Shown piece after piece: positions 35,604 through 44,630 of a DNA stretch of 64,000 nt. The position numbers and the translations under genes are program-made. The notes under the pieces are model-generated. The model saw only the letters and a program-made list of their open reading frames with translations, made no database searches and was not told the origin of the DNA. Positions within the stretch are counted from its first letter, which is position 1, and each line of letters begins with the position of its first letter. The stretch spans positions 35,683-99,682 of the forward strand of contig JAJZXE010000001.1 of NCBI GenBank assembly GCA_021802505.1, given 5' to 3'. The stretch comes from Nanobdellota archaeon (GTDB lineage Archaea > Nanobdellota > Nanobdellia > Parvarchaeales > Parvarchaeaceae).

Positions 35604-36677
35604 CTATTTTATATCCTTGGTTTCACCGAGAAAAAGTTTCTTGAATTTTTCTCTGTCTTTATAAGCTATTGAACCTCCGGATGCCTTGTCATGCCCCCCT
35701 CCTTCCCCCTTCATTTTGCTGAATATGTTTTTCAGGATAACGGGTAATTTTATATCAACCCCGTTGGCTCTTATATTAAGCCGCATGGTTCTTCCGTTTA
35801 TTTTTGTCATAAAAACCAGGATGTTGCCGTAATATGACTTATCAAAGCTGAGCTCTGTCACTAAAGTGGAGGAGTATCTTTTCTTCTTCGGGTCAAGCTC
35901 GTAAAAATACACTCTGCCGGTTTTCTCGGTGTTTTCCCTGAAATCCTCCTCGAGTTTTTCAAGCTCTTCCTTTACTTTCTTGTCCGCATATATAAACTTC
36001 TGATTGTTGAGTACGTCGGAAAGGGAAGAGGCATTTATAAGCATACCCAGCGCTTCATCGGCCCCGTCCCTGTTATAGACGGTAGTCATTGAACCCACCA
36101 TACTCGCCGCCTTTCCGAAATCATTGTCATACATAAATTCGTCTTTTCCGGTTTTTACATCATATTTGTTGGATACCCTCTGCACAAATTCCGAATTTTC
36201 CTTTCCGCCGGAATCTCCTATCAATCCTATGGTTGCGAGCCAGTCCAGGTCGTTTATCTCTTCTTTGAAAATATTGTATACTAAAAGGGAGCAGGGAGTA
36301 TATGTTTCATCACCCCATAACTTAGGATTTGCATATGCAATGTCCCCCGCGGATATTATCTGGTGATGGTCTATTATGCATAGGTTTTTATCTTTAAAAA
36401 GCGGAAGCTGATCCTCGCGTATCTGCATATCGCATACTATTATATTTTTGCTGTAATCCCGCATGTCCATCTTTTCGTAGTCTTCATAATTTGTAGGCCG
36501 GTAATAATAAATTCCCTTGCCCGCCTTTCTGACCGCAGAAGTCAACAGCGCCGCGCTTACTATCCCGTCCGTGTCAAAGTGATAAAACACCGTAAAATCG
36601 TTTTTATTTGAGATAAAATCCCTCACGCTTTTTATTCTTCTCAGTTTTTCTTCGGTATCCATAGAAATTATATACAA
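35604..36677 (-). CDS. DHH/DHHA1 phosphoesterase (RecJ/GAN/nanoRNase-like)
   Basis: Motifs HFDTDG, VCDMQ, IIDHHQ, IGLIGDSGG and the DHHA1 motif GEGGGHDKASGG. Confidence 0.8.
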   Translation of the reverse strand: MYIISMDTEEKLRRIKSVRDFISNKNDFTVFYHFDTDGIVSAALLTSAVRKAGKGIYYYRPTNYEDYEKMDMRDYSKNIIVCDMQIREDQLPLFKDKNLCIIDHHQIISAGDIAYANPKLWGDETYTPCSLLVYNIFKEEINDLDWLATIGLIGDSGGKENSEFVQRVSNKYDVKTGKDEFMYDNDFGKAASMVGSMTTVYNRDGADEALGMLINASSLSDVLNNQKFIYADKKVKEELEKLEEDFRENTEKTGRVYFYELDPKKKRYSSTLVTELSFDKSYYGNILVFMTKINGRTMRLNIRANGVDIKLPVILKNIFSKMKGEGGGHDKASGGSIAYKDREKFKKLFLGETKDIK

Positions 36678-36705
36678 ACGCAGATATAATAACTGCTTTT
36701 CAGGT

Positions 36706-38883
36706 TTAATTCAGTTTTTTAATCAGATCGTTTACAAGCCTGTAATACCTGGATCCGCCGGAGGAGTTTATCTCTGCCTTTATGGTCTGCAGAGGTATCA
36801 GGCGGTATTTTAAATATGACGTGCCTATACTGCTGTCAGTAGGTATGTAAATCTCGCTTATTCCCTTGGTGTAATTTGGTTTGTGTATTATATAATCCTC
36901 AAAATATGTTTCTTTTTCGAGCGCGGGAACGGTCATCGCCGCCATCGTGCTCCATCTCTCCTCCTTCTTTTTAAGGGCGAATTTTATACCGGGTTCATGG
37001 CAGTCTCCGGCCATCGCTATGTCTACAAGGTCTTTTCCGGTGTTTTTGATTATGTTCATAAGAGACGTTCTTGCATCCTGCCCTCCCCTATAACCGGCGC
37101 TGTGCAGTTGCAGCAGTCCGTAATTATCCAAATAAGGAGTCTGCCCTCTTTGAAGATAATCATCTACATATACAACCTCTTTTGTGCCATTATTCTCCAG
37201 TTTAGGCCCTATCATCTTACCCTCGCTTCCGTTACCGGTTGCCCTTTCATAGTGGTTTCCGCCCACGACATACGCCTTCTCGAAAAGAGGCGCAAGCGGC
37301 TTTAGGTACCCGCCAAGTCTCCTTTCCTGCTGGCCCAGATCTATGTCTGAATTACCGTATACAACTTCGTGCAAGGTATCAACGAACTCATTTCTTGCCT
37401 TTTCCTTGTCAGCTTCATTTAATATCTTTTCAAGTTTACCCATAAATTCCTCGGGACTTGGAGCCCGTGGAAGTGACATTTTAGTTCTCTGTGCCTTGTC
37501 ATTTCCGCCGTCGACCATATCGCCGCCGACGAAGAGAATCCTTTTATCTTTCGGTACTTGGCTTTTATTTATGATTTCTGGTACTTTTTCCATCGCTTCA
37601 TAATCCGAAGCGGCGTTGCCAACGTGCCAGTCCGAAATCTGTGTTATTTCATAAAGAGACCCTCTCTGTATATCCTTCTGTATTTTTGAGGGACTTATCT
37701 TGTTTTTTATCCCGTACATGTCAAGATGTTCAAGGTCTACACTGTTGTCTTTATACACTGACAGAAACGACACCCCGCTGTCCTCAAACTGCGATAATCG
37801 TTTTGAAACGTCTGTTTTATTAAGACTGGCTCTTAACCTGAACTGCTTGTCTATATCCATAAGAGGGCCCTGGTTAAGTATTAAAACAGGGGTTTTCCTG
37901 CTTTGATAATTCAGTGCGGTGAATTCGGTGGCAGAACCTCTTCCGGTTATGTAAATATCGGACAGTCTTCCATACTGCGCATCAAGATTGGCGTAGTCCA
38001 CTATCATGTTAATGTTTCTTTCACTCGGTTTTCCCTCGTTTAACCCGGCGGTCAGTGCATTTATTGCATGGAATACCTTTACTTTGAAGCCGTTTATTAA
38101 TATCTCCGCGTCCGGACTGTTGTCTTCCTTTTCTCCAAGGAAATTTTCAAACCTTTTGTAAACATGTACATTTCTCCCGTTTTTACCGTCGTTAAAAATA
38201 TTGTTAAGCAGATGCATGTATATGTCGTTTGCCTTGTCCTTTATCCCTTTTTTATCCGAGGTTTTCCATTGCGATGCCTTGAATTTGTACGTTTCTGGGA
38301 TTATCGACAGTATTCTTTCAATCTCATTTGGAACTTTATTCTCAATCTTGTTCTGTTTTTTATTTTTCTTGTTTATCTTGCTTTTTTCCTCGTCTTTTTT
38401 ATTCCTTCTGCTGAGTCTTTCCAGCGCTTCTATTATCATCTTTACGTTTTTATAGTCCGTAACGCCGTATACATAGTATATCGGAATATTTTTTTTGACA
38501 GCTTCGTAAACGATGCTTTTCATCTGTATTTTTGCGAGCTTTGCAGCCTCTGTTAAATCATCCACAGAATCAGAATCATCTTTTCCATTTTTAACCTCTT
38601 TATATATCTCTTCTCCATATTTCTCTTTGAGCCTGTCTTCAACCAGATCAAGCCGCTCACCCCTTAATCTGCTGTATTTGTCGGGTATAAACGCCAAACC
38701 CCCGTTTATTATTATACCGTCCATTTTTCCTTCGTAGTTTTTTATTATCTCCCCCAGATTATTAAGAATCTCCGGGTTGCTTACTTTTGTAGCCAGCTCA
38801 AGTTCAGACATTGTCAGAAGCCTTAAAGCAGCGTTAGAATCGTTGTTTTTATCAATTATCTCCTCAAGCATTTTTTCCCCCAT
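36706..38883 (-). CDS. Large uncharacterised protein with a C-terminal calcineurin-like metallophosphoesterase domain and a degenerate N-terminal copy
   Basis: The C-terminal half carries ordered motifs ISDWHVG, FVGGDMVDGGN, VVGGNHYE, LQLHSAGY and AMAGDCHEPG. The N-terminal half has a similar spacing of motif-like strings without metal ligands (DGIIINGGL, YYVYGVTDY, VFHAINAL, IYITGRGS). A Lys-rich linker lies between the halves. Confidence 0.55.
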   Translation of the reverse strand: MGEKMLEEIIDKNNDSNAALRLLTMSELELATKVSNPEILNNLGEIIKNYEGKMDGIIINGGLAFIPDKYSRLRGERLDLVEDRLKEKYGEEIYKEVKNGKDDSDSVDDLTEAAKLAKIQMKSIVYEAVKKNIPIYYVYGVTDYKNVKMIIEALERLSRRNKKDEEKSKINKKNKKQNKIENKVPNEIERILSIIPETYKFKASQWKTSDKKGIKDKANDIYMHLLNNIFNDGKNGRNVHVYKRFENFLGEKEDNSPDAEILINGFKVKVFHAINALTAGLNEGKPSERNINMIVDYANLDAQYGRLSDIYITGRGSATEFTALNYQSRKTPVLILNQGPLMDIDKQFRLRASLNKTDVSKRLSQFEDSGVSFLSVYKDNSVDLEHLDMYGIKNKISPSKIQKDIQRGSLYEITQISDWHVGNAASDYEAMEKVPEIINKSQVPKDKRILFVGGDMVDGGNDKAQRTKMSLPRAPSPEEFMGKLEKILNEADKEKARNEFVDTLHEVVYGNSDIDLGQQERRLGGYLKPLAPLFEKAYVVGGNHYERATGNGSEGKMIGPKLENNGTKEVVYVDDYLQRGQTPYLDNYGLLQLHSAGYRGGQDARTSLMNIIKNTGKDLVDIAMAGDCHEPGIKFALKKKEERWSTMAAMTVPALEKETYFEDYIIHKPNYTKGISEIYIPTDSSIGTSYLKYRLIPLQTIKAEINSSGGSRYYRLVNDLIKKLN

Positions 38884-38951
38884 ATTTACCTCCTGACTAT
38901 ACTTGTCTTTTCTGTTTTATAAATAATAGTTGAGTATTACTATGGTATTAC

Positions 38952-40244
38952 TTATATCTCGCTGAATCCTGTGTATCTTCTGAGCACATCGGGTATTTTT
39001 ATTATTCTATCTGCTTGCTGGTAAGCATCCATTATGGCTATCAGGGTTCTCTGCATCGGAAGACCGGTTCCGTCCAGCGTATAAACATAATCTTTGTTTC
39101 CCTGTTTGTCTGCGTATTTTATGTTCAATCTTCTGGAAATCCAGTCTGTTGTATTGTCGAATGAGCCCACCTCCCTGTATTTGCCCTGCGAATAAAGATA
39201 AGCTTCAATATCGTATTGTTTGATGTCCCTCACCCCCATATCCCCTGTAGAGCAGCTTACAACCCTGTAGGGTATTTTTAATTCCTGCCATATCTCTTCA
39301 ATGTTATTGACCATCTCTTCATGGAATTTTTTTGAGTCTTCCGGTCTGCACAGGACTATCTGCTCTGTCTGGTCGAATTGATGCAAACGGAATAGCCCTT
39401 TCGTATCTCTTCCGTGCGCGCCTGCCTCCTTTCTGAAGGCAGGACTAAATCCTATCATTTTAATCGGCAGTTCTTCCTCGTTTATCACGCTGTTGGTATA
39501 CTGTGCAATCATAGGGTGCTCTGTAGTGGATATGAGAAATCTCTCCTCCTCCCCTTCTTCTTCAACACCTGTAACTTTATACAGCGCATCCTCAAACGTA
39601 GCCATGTGTGCTATCCCCCCGTAAATTTCCCTTTTAATCATAAAAGGTGGAAGAATCGGAAGATACCCTTTTGAAGCCATCTTTTCTATGGAATACAGCT
39701 CTAATGCGAGTTCCAGCTGGACTAATTTGCCCTTTAAATATACGAACCGGCTGCCGGCAACTTTTGCTGCGCTTTCTATATCAAGCAATTTTCTTTCCAC
39801 TCCAAGATCAATATGGTTTTTTGTTTCGAAGCTTCTCTTTTCTATGTTTCCATATTTTCTGATTTCCACGTTATCATTGTCATCTCTGCCCTCCGGAGCC
39901 TCGTCGCTCACTACATTTGGAAGCCATAAGAAAAGATTCCTGGATTCTTCTTCATATTTCTCTAGCTCATCCTCCATGGTCTTTATCTGATCCATTATTT
40001 CTCTTACTTTTTTACGCTGGTTATCTTTAGAAGATACATTTTCTTTGTTTTCGGAGAATTCCTTGCTTATTACGTTTCTTTCATGCCTAAGCTCATCAAT
40101 TTTATTTCTTTCTTTTTTGATGAGGTCGTTCAGTTCTATCAGTCTGTCGACGGGATTTTCGGAGATCGGCTTTAAAAATCTTTTTTTTATAGATAATATA
40201 AGTGCATCCCGGTTTTCTTTGACATAATTTAAATCATAATTCAT
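38952..40244 (-). CDS. serS: Seryl-tRNA synthetase
   Basis: N-terminal coiled-coil tRNA-binding arm. Class II motifs (FRKEAGAHGRDTKGLFRLHQF, GTGLPMQRTLIAI). 430 aa. Confidence 0.9.
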   Translation of the reverse strand: MNYDLNYVKENRDALILSIKKRFLKPISENPVDRLIELNDLIKKERNKIDELRHERNVISKEFSENKENVSSKDNQRKKVREIMDQIKTMEDELEKYEEESRNLFLWLPNVVSDEAPEGRDDNDNVEIRKYGNIEKRSFETKNHIDLGVERKLLDIESAAKVAGSRFVYLKGKLVQLELALELYSIEKMASKGYLPILPPFMIKREIYGGIAHMATFEDALYKVTGVEEEGEEERFLISTTEHPMIAQYTNSVINEEELPIKMIGFSPAFRKEAGAHGRDTKGLFRLHQFDQTEQIVLCRPEDSKKFHEEMVNNIEEIWQELKIPYRVVSCSTGDMGVRDIKQYDIEAYLYSQGKYREVGSFDNTTDWISRRLNIKYADKQGNKDYVYTLDGTGLPMQRTLIAIMDAYQQADRIIKIPDVLRRYTGFSEI

Positions 40245-40291
40245 ATCAGAATATTATGATTTATCAATAAAAGCTTTTGTCTCACTAAAGC

Positions 40292-40299
40292 TTTTATAT
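40292..40299 (+). promoter_or_regulatory. TATA-box candidate for tRNA-Val
   Basis: TTTTATAT centred about 28 nt upstream of the tRNA 5' end (40324). Confidence 0.4.
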
Positions 40300-40323
40300 G
40301 TTACGGGATAAGTTTAAAATTAT

Positions 40324-40396
40324 GGGCCCGTGGTCTAGTGGTTATGACGTCTGCTTGACGTGCAGAAGGTCAAGGGTTCGAATCCCTTCGGGCCCA
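40324..40396 (+). tRNA. tRNA-Val (anticodon GAC), no intron
   Basis: Acceptor GGGCCCG/CGGGCCC, anticodon stem TCTGC/GCAGA, loop T-T-GAC-G-T, T arm AAGGG-TTCGAAT-CCCTT, discriminator A. Confidence 0.9.
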
Positions 40397-40453
40397 CTCC
40401 TGATACGGGCTAAGTTCACAGATTTACCGGATTCTTGTTTACACACAGTTGAA

Positions 40454-40957
40454 TTACAGGAGTTTTTGAAGGTTCAGCATGCCGTTCTGTATGTTTTTAT
40501 AGTTGTAGCCGAATTCGTCCGCAAACGCCAGAAGCTGGAAGAATGATTTTATGTCACTGGTATCCTCCGATCCCGATGAATATATGCAGTTTATGCCGTA
40601 GTCATTGCATATTTTTCCGTTTATCAGAAGGTTTTTATACACCCTGAAGATATTTTCACTTTTTACAAGCGATGAAAAGCTGAATATAACAAACATTTTA
40701 TTTTCCTTCAGTTTGCTGCATAGCCCCTTATTAAGCAGAAAACCGTTTTTTTCAAGGTCATACACCACCCTGGCTTTTCCCTTTCTTATCACAAAATCAT
40801 AGTCGTTTCCGGAATACGCGGTCAACTCACCGCTTTCTTTGCCGGTAAGGTTTCTAAGTTTACCATCTTTCAAAAGAAAAATTGAATCGAAGCCGAGCTT
40901 TGCCAGCCTTTCAACTACTCCATTCGAATCATTCCTTATAACGTCTGTCTTCATCAA
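40454..40957 (-). CDS. Possible RNase P protein component 3 (Rpp30/Rnp3), short form
   Basis: The C-terminal pattern FVIFSFSSL......R...N......C..YGINCIYSSGSED..DIKS..QLLAFADEFG resembles Rpp30 TIM-barrel strands. At 167 aa it is shorter than usual. Confidence 0.4.
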   Translation of the reverse strand: MMKTDVIRNDSNGVVERLAKLGFDSIFLLKDGKLRNLTGKESGELTAYSGNDYDFVIRKGKARVVYDLEKNGFLLNKGLCSKLKENKMFVIFSFSSLVKSENIFRVYKNLLINGKICNDYGINCIYSSGSEDTSDIKSFFQLLAFADEFGYNYKNIQNGMLNLQKLL

Positions 40958-41018
40958 TTATACTGGATTATGTTGTAAATAAAACTTTATATATAAGGAA
41001 ATAGAAAGCTATAAGAAT

Positions 41019-41207
41019 ATGGCAGAAAGATCAAATCCTGTTGCGGACAAGAGATTATTTTACGATGTATACGTGTGCAGAAACTGCAATGCAAAGATAA
41101 GAGTTTCCAGCCAGAAAGTTCTCAGAAGGGGCCAGGTGAGATGCAGGAACTGCGGGTCTTCAGTATTGAGGCCAAAACACAAAGAGTTAAGAAAGTTAAA
41201 GGTGTAA
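41019..41207 (+). CDS. rpl40e: 50S ribosomal protein L40e
   Basis: VCRNCNAKIRVSSQKVLRRGQVRCRNCGSSVLRPKHKE zinc ribbon. 62 aa. Confidence 0.85.
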   Translation: MAERSNPVADKRLFYDVYVCRNCNAKIRVSSQKVLRRGQVRCRNCGSSVLRPKHKELRKLKV

Positions 41208-41214
41208 ACATATA

Positions 41215-42468
41215 ATGTCCGTTTTAAGCTTGCTGTTGGCAAATGGCGATAATCTGCTTTTGACAGTGATAATACTGCTGATCTTCGGGCTGTTTGTAGT
41301 GGTAAAAAGAAAGAGATTTGATGTCGAAGGCAAGGTCGTTTTTCTTTACAAGACAAAAATCGGGCTTAAACTGATGAAAAGGCTTGCGAGATACAAACGG
41401 CTTGTAAATATATATTCGACAATAGGCGTTTTTGTGGCGATAGCCGGCGTAGGCTTTGTTCTGTATCTGTTTCTTCCGTATCTCTATCTCATGATAACAA
41501 GTCCCTCTACAACTTTTCCGGCGGTTGCTCCCCTGTTCCCTGTGTCTATATCCATTCACGGCATACCCGTTCTGGTGGGCGTACCGATACTCTACATACT
41601 TATAGCCATAATAGTGCTGGCGGCTCTGCATGAAGCTTCCCACGGCGTGGTAGCCCTGTCCAAAAACATAAAAATAAAATCCACCGGTTTCGGCTTCCTT
41701 TTCGGAGTTCTTCCCCTTGCTTTTGTAGAACCTGATGAAAAAAAGATCATAAAAGCAAAGCGTTTGGACCGTTTAAGAATATTTTCCGCCGGTGCATTTA
41801 CTAATGTGGTCCTTGGCTTTCTATTCTTGGGGTTATATCTGGTGCTTTCCCATTTCATTGTTTCCGCGAATATGGTCTCATACTCGCCGTATTACCTGGA
41901 TGTATCGACTGTTATAAACAACAGTCCCGCGAGCGCCGTAAACCTTCCGGTAAATTCAACGGTTTCCGAAATAAACGGAAACAAATTTTATTCGGAGCAG
42001 CAGGTGCTGTCCGATTTGAATGTAAAGCCGGGGCAGTATGTCAACTTTACGCTCGCAAACGGCAGCGTGTATTCCATGAAAACTACATATAACTCCTCAA
42101 TAAACAATACCTACCACAGTTACATCGGTGTTGGAGGCTTCTTCTCGCTGGCGAAGCCGCCCTCCTTTCTTATAGAACCGATTTCCGTTACGGCGTTTCC
42201 AAATAATTCTTTTCCGTCGCAGTCCCTTTACTGGATAGACGGTCTCTTTTTATGGCTCTGGGTCATATCTTTCAGCCTCGCGATAGTTAACATACTCCCG
42301 TTGTCATATCTCGTTGACGGCGGCAAGATATTCTTTGATGCAATAGGCTATGTGGTCAAAAACGAAAAGAAAGCGCTTTCTATACTGAATACGGTTGCTT
42401 TTCTTTTTATACTCCTGCTTATCCTTTTGAGCCCCATCGGATCTATAATATTCGCTTATCTGAAGTAA
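41215..42468 (+). CDS. Site-2 protease family (M50) membrane metalloprotease with PDZ-like insert
   Basis: HEASHG (HExxH) inside a TM helix. Multiple TM segments and a soluble insert. The late LPLSYLVDGGKIF resembles the second M50 motif (LDG). Confidence 0.75.
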   Translation: MSVLSLLLANGDNLLLTVIILLIFGLFVVVKRKRFDVEGKVVFLYKTKIGLKLMKRLARYKRLVNIYSTIGVFVAIAGVGFVLYLFLPYLYLMITSPSTTFPAVAPLFPVSISIHGIPVLVGVPILYILIAIIVLAALHEASHGVVALSKNIKIKSTGFGFLFGVLPLAFVEPDEKKIIKAKRLDRLRIFSAGAFTNVVLGFLFLGLYLVLSHFIVSANMVSYSPYYLDVSTVINNSPASAVNLPVNSTVSEINGNKFYSEQQVLSDLNVKPGQYVNFTLANGSVYSMKTTYNSSINNTYHSYIGVGGFFSLAKPPSFLIEPISVTAFPNNSFPSQSLYWIDGLFLWLWVISFSLAIVNILPLSYLVDGGKIFFDAIGYVVKNEKKALSILNTVAFLFILLLILLSPIGSIIFAYLK

Positions 42469-42519
42469 AACAAGACGCGAACAGAAAGAGTTAAATCCCC
42501 GCTTCTGCTTATATTAAGA

Positions 42520-43155
42520 ATGGCGGCAAAAAAAGTTAAAAGAAAGATCAAAGCAAAGAAGCCATCAAAGGCAAAATCAAAAAAGCCGGCCAGGGTGCGG
42601 GAAAAGAAGGTGATCGTAGACACTAAAAAACTCCTGCAGCTGGAGGAAGCGAGAAAATATGTCATTGATGTCGCGGCTGAGAAGGGCCTAGAAATATTCC
42701 AGTTTCTGATTTCAAGCGGAGAGATGGAGGAGAACCTTCTCGCAAAAAAACTGAAGTTTGAAAAAGCGAATGCAATAAGGAAATTTTTATACCGTTTGTA
42801 TAATAAAAATCTGGTTTCCTACAGGAAGGTAAGAAAGAACAACAAGGCGTGGTATACGTATTTTTGGAGCGCAAATCCGGAAAGGCTTGTATTCATAATA
42901 AGTGAGATGTACGAGGATGAAATAAAGCAGACAAATAAATCCATGGAGCTGAATAAGGCGGAGGATTTCTATGTGTGCGACATATGCAACCGCAGATACG
43001 AGGTGAATGAGGCCCTGCAGAACGATTTTAGGTGCAAGAATGACGGAGGTGTGCTTACCCACATCGAATCAGAAAAGGTACTTGAAGACAAGCAGAGCAG
43101 GATAGATTTTTTGAAAGGTAAACTAGACCGGGTAAAAAAGCTCGTAAAGCAGTGA
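42520..43155 (+). CDS. tfe: Transcription factor E (TFE alpha / TFIIE-alpha homolog) with a Lys-rich N-terminal extension
   Basis: Winged-helix region (LLAKKLKFEKANAIRKFLYRLYNKNLVSYRKVR...WYTYFW). Zinc-ribbon-like YVCDICNRRYEVNEALQNDFRCKNDGGVL. The first roughly 35 aa are about half Lys/Arg. Confidence 0.8.
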   Translation: MAAKKVKRKIKAKKPSKAKSKKPARVREKKVIVDTKKLLQLEEARKYVIDVAAEKGLEIFQFLISSGEMEENLLAKKLKFEKANAIRKFLYRLYNKNLVSYRKVRKNNKAWYTYFWSANPERLVFIISEMYEDEIKQTNKSMELNKAEDFYVCDICNRRYEVNEALQNDFRCKNDGGVLTHIESEKVLEDKQSRIDFLKGKLDRVKKLVKQ

Positions 43156-43446
43156 TTATTTAATGCCTTCAAGCACACAGTTATAGTTTAAATTTATCTC
43201 ATTTATATTTGTGCATGCCGCCGATGAAACCGAGTTTGTAGCGGCGCAGGAATAACCGAAGCTTGCGTTTTCCTTTATGCAGGTATTGCTCGTTATGGTG
43301 GAATTTGCTATCACATTGTGGCATTCTAGTTCACATATCCCTATCGCTATCTGCCGGTGGTTTTCATAGGGATTAGTATAGAATATCGCGGCGCCTATTA
43401 CAAGGGCTAGCAATACTATCAACACCGCATAATAACCTTTATCCAT
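43156..43446 (-). CDS. Small anchored/secreted Cys-rich protein
   Basis: N-terminal hydrophobic helix YYAVLIVLLALVIGAAIF, then eight Cys residues in about 65 aa. Confidence 0.4.
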   Translation of the reverse strand: MDKGYYAVLIVLLALVIGAAIFYTNPYENHRQIAIGICELECHNVIANSTITSNTCIKENASFGYSCAATNSVSSAACTNINEINLNYNCVLEGIK

Positions 43447-43514
43447 ACACTTAAATAATTATATGCGGTTTTAGTATAAAAAAACGTTAAAAATACACAG
43501 TTGTTATTATAACC

Positions 43515-43919
43515 ATGGCAAAGAGGGTGTCTGCTCTGGTAGTCCGTGAAAATAAGGTCCTGATGGTAAAATTAAAGGAATCGGACAAATACATGCCGAG
43601 AGCCACGTGGGTATTCCCGTTTTTGGACCTGAGCGAGGATAGCAGCCCCAGGAGGGAGATCCTTTATTTGATGGAAAAATTTGATATCAAAGTTAATCTG
43701 AGCGGCAGGGTATTCAAATACTATCCGAGTGAGAATCCGAAGCTTCTTTATTTTCTTTATGTAATGGAGCATGTAAGTGGAGAACCGGAGGTCCTTTCTT
43801 TTTTCCAGAGTTATAAATGGGTGCCAATAACCGACATAACTTCATACTCTACATCATTTATGGACAACAACGTCTCAAAATTTCTTGAAGAAAAGGCAAA
43901 GGAATACAATCAGGCCTAA
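43515..43919 (+). CDS. Nudix-fold-like protein with a degenerate Nudix box
   Basis: VSALVVRENKVLMVK...WVFPFLDLSEDSSPRREILYLMEKFDI aligns to the Nudix box, but several Glu/Gly positions are lost. Confidence 0.35.
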   Translation: MAKRVSALVVRENKVLMVKLKESDKYMPRATWVFPFLDLSEDSSPRREILYLMEKFDIKVNLSGRVFKYYPSENPKLLYFLYVMEHVSGEPEVLSFFQSYKWVPITDITSYSTSFMDNNVSKFLEEKAKEYNQA

Positions 43920-44590
43920 ACGTACATGTTCTGCTCTCCTCTGTCCTTTGGAACCTGACTGACTCTCTTAAGTATGTTGTTTATCTGAGTCAGTGTTTTC
44001 TTATACTCTGATACCAAATCCGAAGTATCGATCTTTACGTTTATGATATCCTCCAGTACGGATATCAGCGCCGCCGCCGCCATGCCGTCAGGGATATCTG
44101 CGTGCGTTTCCGCCATTAATACAACAAAAGGTATCTTCATTTTTCGGGATTTATGCGCAAGGTATGAATTAAAGCCCATCATCGCACCCTCCGGCAGTTT
44201 CTTACAGTTTTTGATCTCTTTTTCATTGTACGTGCTCGCGAAGTAAACTTCGCTTTTATCCTTCGATTCCTCTATTGCCAGTCCGTCGAGTGCTATTATC
44301 TGGTCCGCCTTCTTTTCCCTGTATATATCCATTATTTTATCCGATAATTCTGCTATTGCTTTGATCGGAAGCGGTATTTGTGACGTGATTATCGTAAATT
44401 CCTTTCCTTCAAGAATCCGTATCGGGGAAAGCATGTCTCCTTCCTTAACTATGGCAAACTGCGCCAGCTCGTCAAGATCTATTCCGCCGGTATCCTTTAC
44501 AACGCCTTTTTCTTCAAGAAACCGCGCGGCCAATACGGAAATATACCCGGCCGTCTGGAAAGCAGTAATTATTTTATTTTTTTCAGCCAT
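43916..44590 (-). CDS. PAC2-family (proteasome assembly chaperone-like) protein
   Basis: 224 aa. The N-terminal ITAFQTAGYISVLAARFL and overall pattern resemble archaeal PAC2/COG1938 proteins. The call is from memory. Confidence 0.45.
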   Translation of the reverse strand: MAEKNKIITAFQTAGYISVLAARFLEEKGVVKDTGGIDLDELAQFAIVKEGDMLSPIRILEGKEFTIITSQIPLPIKAIAELSDKIMDIYREKKADQIIALDGLAIEESKDKSEVYFASTYNEKEIKNCKKLPEGAMMGFNSYLAHKSRKMKIPFVVLMAETHADIPDGMAAAALISVLEDIINVKIDTSDLVSEYKKTLTQINNILKRVSQVPKDRGEQNMYV

Positions 44591-44630
44591 AACTTTTATA
44601 AAACCTCCGCGTTTAAATAACTGCCCATAT

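Noticed and set aside
40298-40546. An 82-aa plus-strand ORF, and the 77-aa reverse-strand ORF at 34178..34411
   Set aside because: They are translations of tRNA-Val, tRNA-Gly and the flanking intergenic or antisense sequence. They are not genes.
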